Positions 1 through 11,554 of a DNA stretch of 64,000 nt are shown here, piece after piece. Position 1 is the stretch's first letter, and each line of letters opens with the position of its first letter. Below the pieces are notes generated by a model that did no database searches, was not told the DNA's origin, and was given only the letters and a program-made list of their open reading frames with translations. The DNA lies in the NCBI GenBank assembly GCA_037440005.1, contig JBBIUY010000004.1:71323-135322 (forward strand). The letters are read 5' to 3'. A program made the position numbers and the translations under genes. This DNA comes from Armatimonadota bacterium. GTDB taxonomy: Bacteria > Sysuimicrobiota > Sysuimicrobiia > Sysuimicrobiales > Kaftiobacteriaceae.

Positions 1-1182
1 CCGCTGGCGGCCCTGGTCTTCAAGACGGTGGCGGACCCCTACGTGGGCCGGCTCTCCTACTTCCGGGTGTACGCGGGGGTGCTGCGGTCCGACTCCCAGG
101 TCTACAACGCCACCCGCGGCAGACCCGAGCGGGTGGGCCAGGTGTACTTTTTGCGGGGCAAGCAGCAGGAGTCCGCTGGCGAGGTGGGGCCGGGCGACCT
201 GGGGGCGGTGGCCAAGCTGGCCGAGACGGCCACCGGCGACACCCTGTGCGGGCGCGACCACCCGGTGCTGCTGCCGCCCATCGAGTTCCCCGAGCCGGCC
301 ATCGCCATGGCGGTGGAACCCAAGAGCAAGGGCGACGAGGACAAGCTGGGCACCGCGCTGCAGCGGCTGGCCGAGGAGGACCCCACGGTGCGGGTGCACC
401 GGGACAGCGAGATGAAGCAGACGCTGCTCTCGGGCATGGGCGAGTCGCACCTGGAGATCCTCGCCGACCGCCTGCGCCGCAAGTTCGGGGTGGACGTGAC
501 CCTGCGACTGCCCCGGGTGCCCTACCGGGAGACGATCCGCGGCCGCGGCCGGGCCCAGGGGCGGTACGTGAAGCAGACCGGAGGCCGGGGCCAGTACGGG
601 GTGTGCTTCGTGGAGATCGAGCCGCTGCCCCGCGGGAGCGGGTTTGAGTTCGTGGACAAGATCTTCGGCGGCGCCATCCCCAACCAGTTCATCCCTTCGG
701 TGGAGAAGGGCGTGCGCAAGGCCCTGGAGGAAGGCGTCCTGGCCGGCTATCCCGTGGTGGACGTGCGGGTGACCCTGGTGGACGGCAAGTACCACGAAGT
801 GGACAGTTCCGACATCGCCTTCCAGATTGCCGGATCGCTGGCGGTCAAAGACGCCGCCACCCAGGCGGGCCTGGTCCTGCTGGAGCCCATCGTGACCCTG
901 GAGGTGCGGGTGCCCGAAGAGCAGATGGGGGACGTGATCGGCGACCTCAACGCCAAGCGGGGGCGCATTCTGGGCATGGAGCCCCAGGGCGACGGCACCA
1001 CCGTGGTGCGGGCCCAGGTGCCCCAGGCCGAAGTCCTGCGCTACGCCTCGGACCTGCGCTCCATGACCGGCGGGCGCGGGACGTTCACCATGACCTTCTC
1101 CCACTACGAGGAGGTGCCGCCGCAGGTGGCCGAGCGGGTGATCGCCGAGGCCAGACAGCAGCGGGCGGAGACGGCGCGCTAG
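1..1182 (+). CDS. fusA: Elongation factor G family protein (5'-truncated by window edge; probably an EF-G2 paralogue since no tuf follows)
   Basis: Open frame from base 1 (PLAALVFKTVADPYVGRLSYFRVY); EEDPT, GMGESHLEI, KQTGGRGQYG, YHEVDSSDIAF, LRSMTGGRG motifs of EF-G domains II-V; TAG at 1180-1182. Confidence 0.93.
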   Translation, partial: PLAALVFKTVADPYVGRLSYFRVYAGVLRSDSQVYNATRGRPERVGQVYFLRGKQQESAGEVGPGDLGAVAKLAETATGDTLCGRDHPVLLPPIEFPEPAIAMAVEPKSKGDEDKLGTALQRLAEEDPTVRVHRDSEMKQTLLSGMGESHLEILADRLRRKFGVDVTLRLPRVPYRETIRGRGRAQGRYVKQTGGRGQYGVCFVEIEPLPRGSGFEFVDKIFGGAIPNQFIPSVEKGVRKALEEGVLAGYPVVDVRVTLVDGKYHEVDSSDIAFQIAGSLAVKDAATQAGLVLLEPIVTLEVRVPEEQMGDVIGDLNAKRGRILGMEPQGDGTTVVRAQVPQAEVLRYASDLRSMTGGRGTFTMTFSHYEEVPPQVAERVIAEARQQRAETAR

Positions 1183-1264
1183 ACGACGGGGGCGGGCGGA
1201 CCGCCGGGGCGGTGTCCGTCACCGATGCCCGGCGGGAACGGGTCAGGACGCGCCGACGTTCGGC

Positions 1265-1290
1265 AGGAAGGGGCCCAGGCGGCGCGGAAT
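1265..1290 (+). promoter_or_regulatory. SigH-like promoter motif upstream of dnaG
   Basis: gcAGGA-N18-GAAT, matching the Bacillus sigma-H consensus layout. Confidence 0.5.
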
Positions 1291-1316
1291 CGTCTGCACA
1301 GGCGTGCACCGGGTGG

Positions 1317-1348
1317 AGGGCCTTGTCTCCTCTGAGAGAGGCCCTTTT
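1317..1348 (+). terminator. Intrinsic terminator-like hairpin between fusA and dnaG
   Basis: AGGGCCT...AGGCCCT stem followed by TTT. Confidence 0.55.
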
Positions 1349-1374
1349 GCATTGTTGCGCCGGTGCGGGGGCTC

Positions 1375-3180
1375 ATGCGAGGATTCCTGTCTGCCGATAT
1401 ACGGGACGAGATCCGCCGGCGGGTGGACCTGGTGGAACTGGCCAGCGCCCACGTGGCGTTGAAGAAGGCGGGGCGCCACTACAAGGGGCTGTGTCCGTTT
1501 CACCAGGAGAAGACCCCGTCCTTCCACGTGGACCGGGAGCGGGGCCTATGGCACTGCTTCGGGTGCTCCCGGGGAGGAGATGTCTTCGACTTCGTGATGG
1601 AGATCGGCCACCTCTCGTTCGCCGAGGCGGTGGACACCCTGGCCCGCCGCGCCGGGATCCGCCTGGAGCGCACGCCCGAGGAGCGCCGCCAGGCCACCGA
1701 GCGCGACCGGCTGTTCCGGGCCCTGGAGGCGGCCGCGGCGTTTTTCACCGAGCAGCTGCGCCATCCGGTGCGCGGCCGGGCGGCCCGGGAGTACCTGGGG
1801 CGCCGGGGGGTGGACGACGCCACCGCCGACCGGTTCCGGCTGGGCTACGCGCCGCCCGAGTGGGACGGGCTGCTGCGGGCGTTGGGCGGCCGCGGCTTCG
1901 ACGCGGCCCTGCTGGCCGCGGGCGGCCTGGTGGTGCCCCGGGAGCGGGGAGAGGGCTACTTCGACATGTTCCGCCACCGGCTCATCTTCCCGATCCTGGA
2001 CCTGCAGGACCGGCCGGTGGCCTTCGGGGGGAGGGCGCTGGACGACGCCCAGCCCAAGTACCTGAACTCCCGGGAGACCGCCGTGTTCAGCAAGGGGCGG
2101 ACGCTGTACGCGCTGAACTGGGCGCGGGAGGAGATCCGCCGCCGGGACGAGGTTCTGGTGGTGGAGGGCAACATGGACGCCCTGACCTGCCACCAGTTCG
2201 GCTTCCGGCACACCGTGGCCACCCTGGGCACGGCCCTCACCGCCGACCAGGTGGCGCTGATCCGCCGCTTCGCCGCCCGCGCGGTGCTGGTCTACGACGC
2301 CGACGCGGCCGGCCAGGCGGCCATGGAGCGCGCCCACAGCCTGTGTGAGGAGGCCGACCTGCCGGTGCGGGTGGTGGTCCTGCCGTCCGGCGATCCCGAC
2401 GAGTTCCTGCGCACGGCCGGACCGGAGAAGTTCGCCGCCCTGCTGGAGCAGGCGGTGCCCCTGTTCGACTACCAGGTGGCGCAGGCGGCGTCCCGCCACG
2501 ACCCGCGGACCGTCGAGGGGCGGGTGCGGCTGGTGGACGACCTGCTGCCCTCCCTGGCCGCCGTGACCAACCCGGTCCGCCAGGCGGAGTACATCCGCAG
2601 CCTGGCCCAGCGGTTCGAGCTGGCCGAGGACGCCATCCGCCAGCGGCTGCGGGCCCGCCGCCGGAGCGCGGCGCCGGCGGAGGTCCTGGAAGGACCTCCG
2701 CCCGAGCGGGCGCGCTTCCAGGCCGAACGGCTGCTGGTGCACCTGATGGTGCACGACCCGCAGGTGCGGGAGCAGGTGGCCGCCGCGCTGGGACCCGCCG
2801 ACTTCCAGGACCCCCGCCACCGGGCCCTGGCGGCGGTCCTACTGGCCGCCGGCGAGGCCGCTCCCGAGGCGCTGGTGGACCGGGTGGACGAGGGGGACGC
2901 CCAGCGGCTGCTGGTGCAGCTGGTGTTCGAGCACCCGCCGGTGGTGGAGCGGGAGGCTCCCCGGGTGGTCCGGGACGCCATCGACTACATCGTCCGCCGG
3001 GAGCCGGCCGCCCGGGCGCGCCAGGAACTGGCCCGCAGGATCCAGCAGGCCCAGGCCGCCGGCGACGTGGAGCAGGTCAGGCGACTGCAGCTGGAGTATG
3101 TTAAACTAGTTAGTCCGTCTCCGGCCGGTCCTCCCGCCGGGGACGAGACGGCGGGGAGGCCTCTCCCGGAAAGGGGGTGA
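1375..3180 (+). CDS. dnaG: DNA primase
   Basis: CHC2 zinc finger (CPFH...CFGC), [18 protein letters not shown], Toprim VEGNMD and YDADAAG, DPDE; start could also be GTG 1363. Confidence 0.97.
   Translation: MRGFLSADIRDEIRRRVDLVELASAHVALKKAGRHYKGLCPFHQEKTPSFHVDRERGLWHCFGCSRGGDVFDFVMEIGHLSFAEAVDTLARRAGIRLERTPEERRQATERDRLFRALEAAAAFFTEQLRHPVRGRAAREYLGRRGVDDATADRFRLGYAPPEWDGLLRALGGRGFDAALLAAGGLVVPRERGEGYFDMFRHRLIFPILDLQDRPVAFGGRALDDAQPKYLNSRETAVFSKGRTLYALNWAREEIRRRDEVLVVEGNMDALTCHQFGFRHTVATLGTALTADQVALIRRFAARAVLVYDADAAGQAAMERAHSLCEEADLPVRVVVLPSGDPDEFLRTAGPEKFAALLEQAVPLFDYQVAQAASRHDPRTVEGRVRLVDDLLPSLAAVTNPVRQAEYIRSLAQRFELAEDAIRQRLRARRRSAAPAEVLEGPPPERARFQAERLLVHLMVHDPQVREQVAAALGPADFQDPRHRALAAVLLAAGEAAPEALVDRVDEGDAQRLLVQLVFEHPPVVEREAPRVVRDAIDYIVRREPAARARQELARRIQQAQAAGDVEQVRRLQLEYVKLVSPSPAGPPAGDETAGRPLPERG
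3099..3107 (+). promoter_or_regulatory. Probable extended -10 promoter for rpoD inside the 3' end of dnaG
   Basis: TGtTAAACT within an abrupt run of AT-ending codons (TAT GTT AAA CTA GTT AGT) in an otherwise GC3-rich gene. Confidence 0.5.
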
Positions 3181-3185
3181 GGGAC

Positions 3186-5654
<2,469 letters not shown>

Positions 5655-5728
5655 GGCCTTCTGCCTCTCTGGCCATTTGAGGGCAGTGTCCTGCACCAGA
5701 TCGGACAGGCGCATCCGGGAAAAGCGAG

Positions 5729-5998
5729 GACACTTCCCCCTCGCCGCGGAGGAAGAGGGCTGAGGGTGGTCATCTTCCCCCGCAGAGAAGGGGCCGCCGG
5801 TCTTCATCGTCCCGCTCTCGGAGAGGGGAGGGCGAGGAGGGGTCAGCCTTGCCGCTCGAGGGGAGAGGGCGAAGAGGGTCGTCTTCCCCCGCCTGAGGTG
5901 AGGGTGGAAGGTCGTCGTCTTCTCCCTCCTGGAGACAGGACTGGGCATAATGACCTTCCCTCTCCCCCCGTGTGGGGAGAGGGTGCGGGTGAGGGGGT
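5729..5998. repeat. Degenerate tandem array of REP-like CT-rich/GA-rich hairpin units
   Basis: CTTCCCC-like unit starts at about 5733, 5774, 5808, 5848, 5883, 5919 and 5955 (34-41 bp period); last copy intact: CCCTCTCCCC-ccgtgt-GGGGAGAGGG-tgc-GGGTGAGGGG. Confidence 0.55.
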
Positions 5999-6055
5999 GC
6001 AGGTCAGCCCAGCCGGGTCAGTGCCGCATGCGCGCGGCGGTGCTACCGTCGGGCC

Positions 6056-6763
6056 GTGGTCCTGCTCCGCGGCCTGCTGGACCTCCTGTTCCCGCCGGCG
6101 TGCGCCGTGTGCCGGGAGGCGGGCCACTACCCTCTGTGCCCCCGCTGTCGTAGTGCGTTCCGGCTGATCCGCCCGCCCGTTTGCCAGCGCTGCGGCCGCC
6201 CCCTGCGGGGGCCGCCCGACCTGATCTTCACGTGCGTCCCCTGCCGCCGCCGGCGGACGTCCTTCGTCTGTGCCCGGGCGGCGGGGATCTACGACGGCGC
6301 CCTGCGGGAGGCGGTCCACGCCCTGAAATTCGGGGGCTGCCGGGCGATGGCGCGTCCGCTGGGGGAGATGGTGGCGGAGGTGGTGGCCTCCGACGCGCGG
6401 ATGCGGGCCGACGTGGTAGTCCCCGTGCCCCTGCACCGCCGGCGCCTGCGGGAGAGAGGGTTCAACCAGGCGGAGCTGCTGGCCGACGAGGTCGCGCGCC
6501 GGCTGGGCCTTCCCAGCCGGCCGGGGGCATTGGAGCGCGTCCGCGAGACCCCCGCCCAGGTGGGCCTGGGCAAAGAGGACCGGCGGGTGAACGTGCGGGG
6601 GGCGTTCGTCGCCCGTGACGGGGTGGCGGGTGCCCGGGTCCTGCTGGTGGACGACGTGCTGTCCACGGGGTCCACTGCGGTGGAGTGCGCGCGGGCCCTG
6701 CGGACGGCCGGAGCGGCGGCCGTCACGGTCGCCGCGGTGGCGATGGCGGTGCTGGATTTCTGA
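6056..6763 (+). CDS. comF: ComF family protein (double zinc ribbon + phosphoribosyltransferase domain)
   Basis: LLDLLFPPACAVC, CPRC, CQRC, CVPC; VPVPLH..RLRERGFNQAELL; LLVDDVLSTGST. Confidence 0.93.
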   Translation: MVLLRGLLDLLFPPACAVCREAGHYPLCPRCRSAFRLIRPPVCQRCGRPLRGPPDLIFTCVPCRRRRTSFVCARAAGIYDGALREAVHALKFGGCRAMARPLGEMVAEVVASDARMRADVVVPVPLHRRRLRERGFNQAELLADEVARRLGLPSRPGALERVRETPAQVGLGKEDRRVNVRGAFVARDGVAGARVLLVDDVLSTGSTAVECARALRTAGAAAVTVAAVAMAVLDF

Positions 6764-6913
6764 CGCCGGTCTTAGAGTCTGTTCGGTCGCCCGTTCGTGC
6801 GACTGGCAGGCCGGGAGCCGGTGCGGTGGAATCCGTGACGGACCGCCCCCGTGCGCGCGGTGCGTACCAGCGGTGCCAGGCACCAGGGGAGAGGGCCTGG
6901 GTCGGCGTGTCCT

Positions 6914-6951
6914 GCGGCGGGGCCGGCTGATTTCTCAACCGGCCCCGCCGC
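6914..6951. terminator. Hairpin between convergent comF and the Asp-box gene
   Basis: 13-bp perfect inverted repeat GCGGCGGGGCCGG / CCGGCCCCGCCGC. Confidence 0.55.
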
Positions 6952-6965
6952 GAAGTCGGCGCTGA

Positions 6966-8786
6966 TCAGCGCAGGGTGAACCCGGCTCCGTAGATGTTCT
7001 GGTTCAGGCCTCCGGCGTTGGGACAGGTGTCGGGTCCCCAGGTGCCGTCGGGCCGCTGCTGGCGGCACTGCCGGACGTCGAAGCCGTCCTGCAGGCTCTC
7101 CCGCGGGTCGTCGCCGGGGACCACGTCGCGGTTGTCCGTCCACACGCCGAAGACCACCCCGCCCGAAGCGTCCACCCACAGGTAGTCGCCGTGGAAGGGC
7201 ACGTCACGGTTCCCGAACATCTCGTACTCGGGCTGGTGGCCCACAGAACTCACCTTGCGGACCGTCCAGCTCAGGCCGGCCGTAAAAGGCGGTGAGGTCG
7301 CCAGGAAGGTGTTGAGGACGTTGCAGCGGCTCGGCGCCGGGACGCCGCACGTGCTGGTCCCGTCATCCCTGTTGCCCGGAGGCCGCGTGGGGTCGTAGAA
7401 AGCATCGTCCCGCGAGTCGTAGTAGATCAGCGCCAGGGTGTCGGTGCTCCTGTCATAGGCTAGGTTCGGCCACCACTGGTGGCCGGAGGGCTGGGGGTCC
7501 GCGGGGCCCAGGACGGTCCAGGACTGTCCGCCGTTGGCGGACACAGCCAGAACCACCTGGCTCTGGCCGTCGGGCCGGTAGGTGTCGGAGTCCACGTCCT
7601 CGCTCGCCACCTGCTCCCAGGTGACGTAGACGGTCCCGTGCCTGTCCACGACCGCCTGGGGCAGCGCCGCCGCCCGGTGGAACACGAAGTTCGACCGACA
7701 GTGGAACGGGCCGTCCCCGCAGTCCCGGGCGAAGCTGCCGTCGTCGTAGGCGTCCCGGCGGTCATAGGGCACGGGCACCACCGCCACCACGGCGGGGTCA
7801 GTGAACGTCTGGCCGCCGTCGGTGGACTTGACGAACATGATGGCGTCCACCACGCCCGGCTTGAGGAACGAGAACTGCCGCCACACCACGTACACCGTCC
7901 CGTCGGGGGCCACGGCGATGTCGCTGCCCTGGGCGTTGGCGATGTCCTTGGAGATCTTGATGGGTTTGCTGAAGGTGGCCCCGTGGTCGGTGGAACGGGA
8001 GAACAGGATCTGGTCCTGGCCGGCGCCCGGGAACAGGGTCCAGGCCACGTACACGTTGCCGCGGAACGGGCTTCCCTCCCAGGTGTCGACCTTCAGGGAC
8101 GGCTTGTCGTTGAACCGGCCGAAGAAGAAGGCGCTGGGCGTGCCGACCCCCACGATGACCGTGCGCAGGTAGTCCAGTCCCAGCGGAGACCGCGGGTCGT
8201 GCCGCCAGGTGGAGACGATCACGTGGCCGTTGGTGGGGGTGATGAACCCGCTCTCGTTGGGGCTGGTGCGGTTGAAGGCGATGCCTCCGTAGAACAGGTG
8301 GCCCTCGGTGTCCCAGTCCATGATGGGGTCGCCGGCGGCGAAGTCCTCCCCGAAGATCGGCGAGGCGCGTCCTTCGGCGCTGGTGTCCGCGGGGTAGCCC
8401 GGATTGAGGGAGTTGACCCACGTCTTGCCCCCGTCCTGGGAGATGTACAGGCCCATCCAGGCGTCGCCCCAGGTGGCCACGCCGCAGTAGTCGTTGGCCC
8501 CGGCGGCGATCACCTTCGGATTGAGCGGGTTGATGGCCACCGCGGGCTCGTTCTGCTGCCGGTTGCCCCCGCCGGTGGGGGAGCGGTCGTCGCTGCAGCG
8601 GCGGATGCCCTCATCGCTGCCGCCGTCGTGGCGGACGTACGGCCGGTCGGAGACTTTGACGTCTCCAGCCCGCTGGGCGAATCCGGGTGGCGGCGACAGC
8701 GCAGCCGCGAGGCCGACGATGATGGCCGCCGCGGCTGCCGGCCTGATGGCCCGACAGATCCTGCGTACCTGCCGTATAGGGTCCAC
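6966..8786 (-). CDS. Secreted Asp-box (BNR) repeat, sialidase-like beta-propeller protein
   Basis: GTG at 8786 after GGAGGTG; signal-peptide-like N-terminus; Asp boxes SQDGGKTW, STDHGATF, STDGGQTF, SANGGQSW; QQNEPAVAINP..GANDY. Confidence 0.8.
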   Translation of the reverse strand: MDPIRQVRRICRAIRPAAAAAIIVGLAAALSPPPGFAQRAGDVKVSDRPYVRHDGGSDEGIRRCSDDRSPTGGGNRQQNEPAVAINPLNPKVIAAGANDYCGVATWGDAWMGLYISQDGGKTWVNSLNPGYPADTSAEGRASPIFGEDFAAGDPIMDWDTEGHLFYGGIAFNRTSPNESGFITPTNGHVIVSTWRHDPRSPLGLDYLRTVIVGVGTPSAFFFGRFNDKPSLKVDTWEGSPFRGNVYVAWTLFPGAGQDQILFSRSTDHGATFSKPIKISKDIANAQGSDIAVAPDGTVYVVWRQFSFLKPGVVDAIMFVKSTDGGQTFTDPAVVAVVPVPYDRRDAYDDGSFARDCGDGPFHCRSNFVFHRAAALPQAVVDRHGTVYVTWEQVASEDVDSDTYRPDGQSQVVLAVSANGGQSWTVLGPADPQPSGHQWWPNLAYDRSTDTLALIYYDSRDDAFYDPTRPPGNRDDGTSTCGVPAPSRCNVLNTFLATSPPFTAGLSWTVRKVSSVGHQPEYEMFGNRDVPFHGDYLWVDASGGVVFGVWTDNRDVVPGDDPRESLQDGFDVRQCRQQRPDGTWGPDTCPNAGGLNQNIYGAGFTLR

Positions 8787-8987
8787 AATATCACCTCCCT
8801 GCGGACGTGGGTGCGGCGGGTGGGAAGACGAAAGGGCGAAATTGCGCGACGGAAACCTTTCGAGGACACATTCTGCCAGGGGTACCTGCTTCCTCCTGGG
8901 GGTAGTCGGGGACGGCACGGCTGGTCCCCGGTCTTCGTCCCGGAGGAGCGAGTCGCCGGCTGCGGACCCATACCTGCGCATAAGTGA

Positions 8988-9013
8988 GGAGGCCCCGGCA
9001 CGCCGGGGCCTCC
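8988..9013 (-). terminator. Hairpin downstream of the Vpr-like protease gene
   Basis: GGAGGCCCCGGC-ac-GCCGGGGCCTCC inverted repeat. Confidence 0.55.
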
Positions 9014-9036
9014 GGGAGCGAACAGAGACTGACCGT

Positions 9037-11361
9037 CTACGGACCGCGGTCCACGCTCACCCACCACGGGATGCGCATCGTGGCCCCCGAGCCCGTCTCG
9101 GTGACGACGATGTCGCCAAAGCGCGTGAACGAAGGGACGGACTGAGCGACCGAAAGGGAGACGGTGAAGGTCTGTGTCCCGCCAGGCCCGACCGTTACAG
9201 GTGTCGGGGAGACCGTGACCGATACACCCGCTGGCAACGGCGTGGCGAATACCACCGCCAGGGAGTAGGTCCGCGCCGAGGTGGTGCTGGAGTTCATGAT
9301 CGTCACCGTGCGCGAGGCCGAGATAGGCCGCCGGCCCTGCCACAGGCCGAAGCTGACCGACGCCGGGCTGAAGAAGGCCCTGGCGTTCATCGCCGCCAAC
9401 AGGTCCACGCGACCACCGCCCCGGTCCATGGGGTTGACCAGGGCGGCGCCCGTGGCGTGGTGGCGGACAGGCCGCTTGGCGGTGTTAACGATCGCCGACT
9501 TGACGATGTCCGGGTACGGCAGCGGTGGGCTGGTTCCGTACAGCGGCCTGAACAGCTGCAGCAGCACGGCGGCCGACCCGGCCAGGTGGGGCGTGGCCAT
9601 GCTGGTGCCCTGGAAGAAGGCGAACTTCCGCTCAAAGACCGAGGAGGCCACGTTTACCCCCGGCGCGGTGGCGTCGGGCTTGATCAGGTAGGTGAACGGC
9701 GTGGGGCCGCGGCTGCTGAAGCCGGCGATGATGTCGGCGTTAGACGTGACAAACTCCCGGGGCGCGGTGCCGTCCACAGTGGCCGTCCTGTGCGCGGCCC
9801 CGGCGGTCCTGAGCGCGGCGCGGTCGGCCACGCCCACCATGGCCGCGGGGATGGTCGGCTTGGGCTCGGTGCCGTCGTGGACCATGGCGATGGGGTCGCC
9901 GGCCACGTTGTTCACCACGAGGACACCCACAGCTCCCGCGGCCTCCGCGTTGCGGACCTTCGTGGTGAAGGTACACACGCCGCGGTCGATGATGACGATT
10001 TGCCCGAGGTGGGGCGTTCCCGACAGGGCGGTGCAGGCCTGCGTGGAAGCGCCAGCTGGCGCATCGGCTGCGGTGTTGTTCCAGTTGGCCAGCGGCGCAG
10101 TGACGGGCGGCTTAAACGTGCCGAACTCCCCCAGGGCGGCCGGGATCTCCGTCGTGTCGAAGGTTACCGGGATGCCCACGAAGTGAGGGTTGGTGCTGGC
10201 TCCGGCCGTCAGGGCCTTCTCCGCACTGCCCGGGGACTCGACCGTGAGCGGTCCCGGTCCCGAGTTGCCGGCGGCCACCGCGGCCACGACGCCGGCGTCC
10301 GCCACGGCGTTGGTGGCTTCGGCCAGGAAGTCGTGCGGCCCCTGCACGCCGCCGCCCAGGCTCATGTTCACCACGTCCATCCCGTCTTCCACGGCCGCCT
10401 CCAGGGCCGCGGCGATGTCGTGGCTGAACGCCGACCCGCCAAACGCCACAAAGCCGGCGCCGAAGCCCGGAAAAACGTTGTAGTCGCCCAGCAGCGCCCG
10501 GGGGGCGATGCCGCTGAGCCCGGTCAGGGTCACCGCCGTCCCGGCGACCTGGCCGCTGGTGCCGAAGTTGCCCGCCACGGTCCCCGCCACGTGGGTGCCG
10601 TGGTCGAAGACTACCAGGTCGGTAGGCCTCACGTGGGCCCCAGGCGCCACGCCGGAGAAGAACACCCGACAGATGATCACCTTATTGTTGGTGTTGGCTC
10701 CGCCCGGCTTTCTCAGATTCACCTGAGGCAGCGCGTTCGCGCAGGCGTCGGTCTGGGGGGCCGGTGGGTATCCGGCATCGCTCAAGAACGGGTTGGTGAT
10801 GTCAATGCCGGTGTCGATGATCCCGACCTTGATGCCCTCGCCGGCAGAGCCCGGGCCGCCCAGGGCGCTCCACAACGCCGGAGCGCTGATCAGGTCGGGG
10901 CTGATGTTCATCGCCGGCCGCACCAGGAAACTCGGGACCACGGCCCGGACCCCTGGACCCTGGGCCAGCCTCTCGCGGGCCTCGCCGTTGAGCTTGACGG
11001 CGACCCCGTTAAAGACGACCGAATACTCCCGTACCACCTGCGCCCGGGGGGCGTTGCTCCGCAGCCAGCTTCTGAAGTTCGCCCTCCTGTCGCCCAGGTA
11101 GCGGCCGTAGGCTCGGGCTGCGGGGGCGTTGAGGTTGAGCTTGCGTCCAGGCAGGGGCTTGGTGCGCGCGTAGCCGGGGATCCCGCCCTCATACGACGCG
11201 ACGGGAGGGTCGGCCAGCTTCACGATGACGTAATCGGACTCGACCTGCGCCGCGGGCGGGGCGTCGGTGGCCCGGCCGCCGGCGCCGGCCGGGAGGATCG
11301 AGGCCGCCAGGAAGACGGCCGCAGCCAGCAGGACCGCAATCCTCCGGAGACTGCCGTTCAC
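9037..11361 (-). CDS. Secreted S8 subtilase, Vpr-like (I9 propeptide, catalytic domain with PA insert, C-terminal Fn3/Ig-like domain)
   Basis: Triad motifs IIDTGID, HGTHVAG, GTSMATPHLAG; oxyanion AAGN; PA motif IDRGVCTFTTKVRNAEAAGA; FSSRGP; signal peptide. Confidence 0.92.
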   Translation of the reverse strand: MNGSLRRIAVLLAAAVFLAASILPAGAGGRATDAPPAAQVESDYVIVKLADPPVASYEGGIPGYARTKPLPGRKLNLNAPAARAYGRYLGDRRANFRSWLRSNAPRAQVVREYSVVFNGVAVKLNGEARERLAQGPGVRAVVPSFLVRPAMNISPDLISAPALWSALGGPGSAGEGIKVGIIDTGIDITNPFLSDAGYPPAPQTDACANALPQVNLRKPGGANTNNKVIICRVFFSGVAPGAHVRPTDLVVFDHGTHVAGTVAGNFGTSGQVAGTAVTLTGLSGIAPRALLGDYNVFPGFGAGFVAFGGSAFSHDIAAALEAAVEDGMDVVNMSLGGGVQGPHDFLAEATNAVADAGVVAAVAAGNSGPGPLTVESPGSAEKALTAGASTNPHFVGIPVTFDTTEIPAALGEFGTFKPPVTAPLANWNNTAADAPAGASTQACTALSGTPHLGQIVIIDRGVCTFTTKVRNAEAAGAVGVLVVNNVAGDPIAMVHDGTEPKPTIPAAMVGVADRAALRTAGAAHRTATVDGTAPREFVTSNADIIAGFSSRGPTPFTYLIKPDATAPGVNVASSVFERKFAFFQGTSMATPHLAGSAAVLLQLFRPLYGTSPPLPYPDIVKSAIVNTAKRPVRHHATGAALVNPMDRGGGRVDLLAAMNARAFFSPASVSFGLWQGRRPISASRTVTIMNSSTTSARTYSLAVVFATPLPAGVSVTVSPTPVTVGPGGTQTFTVSLSVAQSVPSFTRFGDIVVTETGSGATMRIPWWVSVDRGP

Positions 11362-11554
11362 GTCTTCACCTCCTCACCACCCCGGGTCCGACGGGAAAGG
11401 CGCGTCCGATGACACGACGACGGGAGTGCAGGGATCGCCCAGGGATCACTGGGACGGATTCGCCCCGCCCCGACCGCATCCTGCACGAGGCAGGTCAGGT
11501 CCCGCGCGCGTCAGGCGGGCTGTGGGGAGAATTGCGATGGAAGTTTTCGGGAAG

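Noticed and set aside
5729..5998. CRISPR array (about 36-bp periodicity)
   Set aside because: No conserved repeat alternating with unique spacers; the whole unit is a degenerate hairpin.
8790..8990. c-di-GMP-I riboswitch upstream of the Asp-box gene
   Set aside because: A CCTCGAAAGG tetraloop-like stretch is present on the minus strand, but the GGCAAA...GGGACGCAAAGC framework is absent.
6770..9030. IS5-like terminal inverted repeats (TTAGAGTCTGTTCG near 6771; CGAACAGAGACT near 9019) bracketing the Asp-box gene
   Set aside because: Only an 8-bp match, no target duplication and no transposase.
8494..11412. 972-aa plus-strand ORF and the many other long antisense or alternate-frame ORFs (e.g. 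14109-16268, 41195-43255, 43468-45840, 50640-52856)
   Set aside because: Shadow ORFs of high-GC genes: Arg/Gly/Pro-rich, no motifs, and overlapping well-supported genes.
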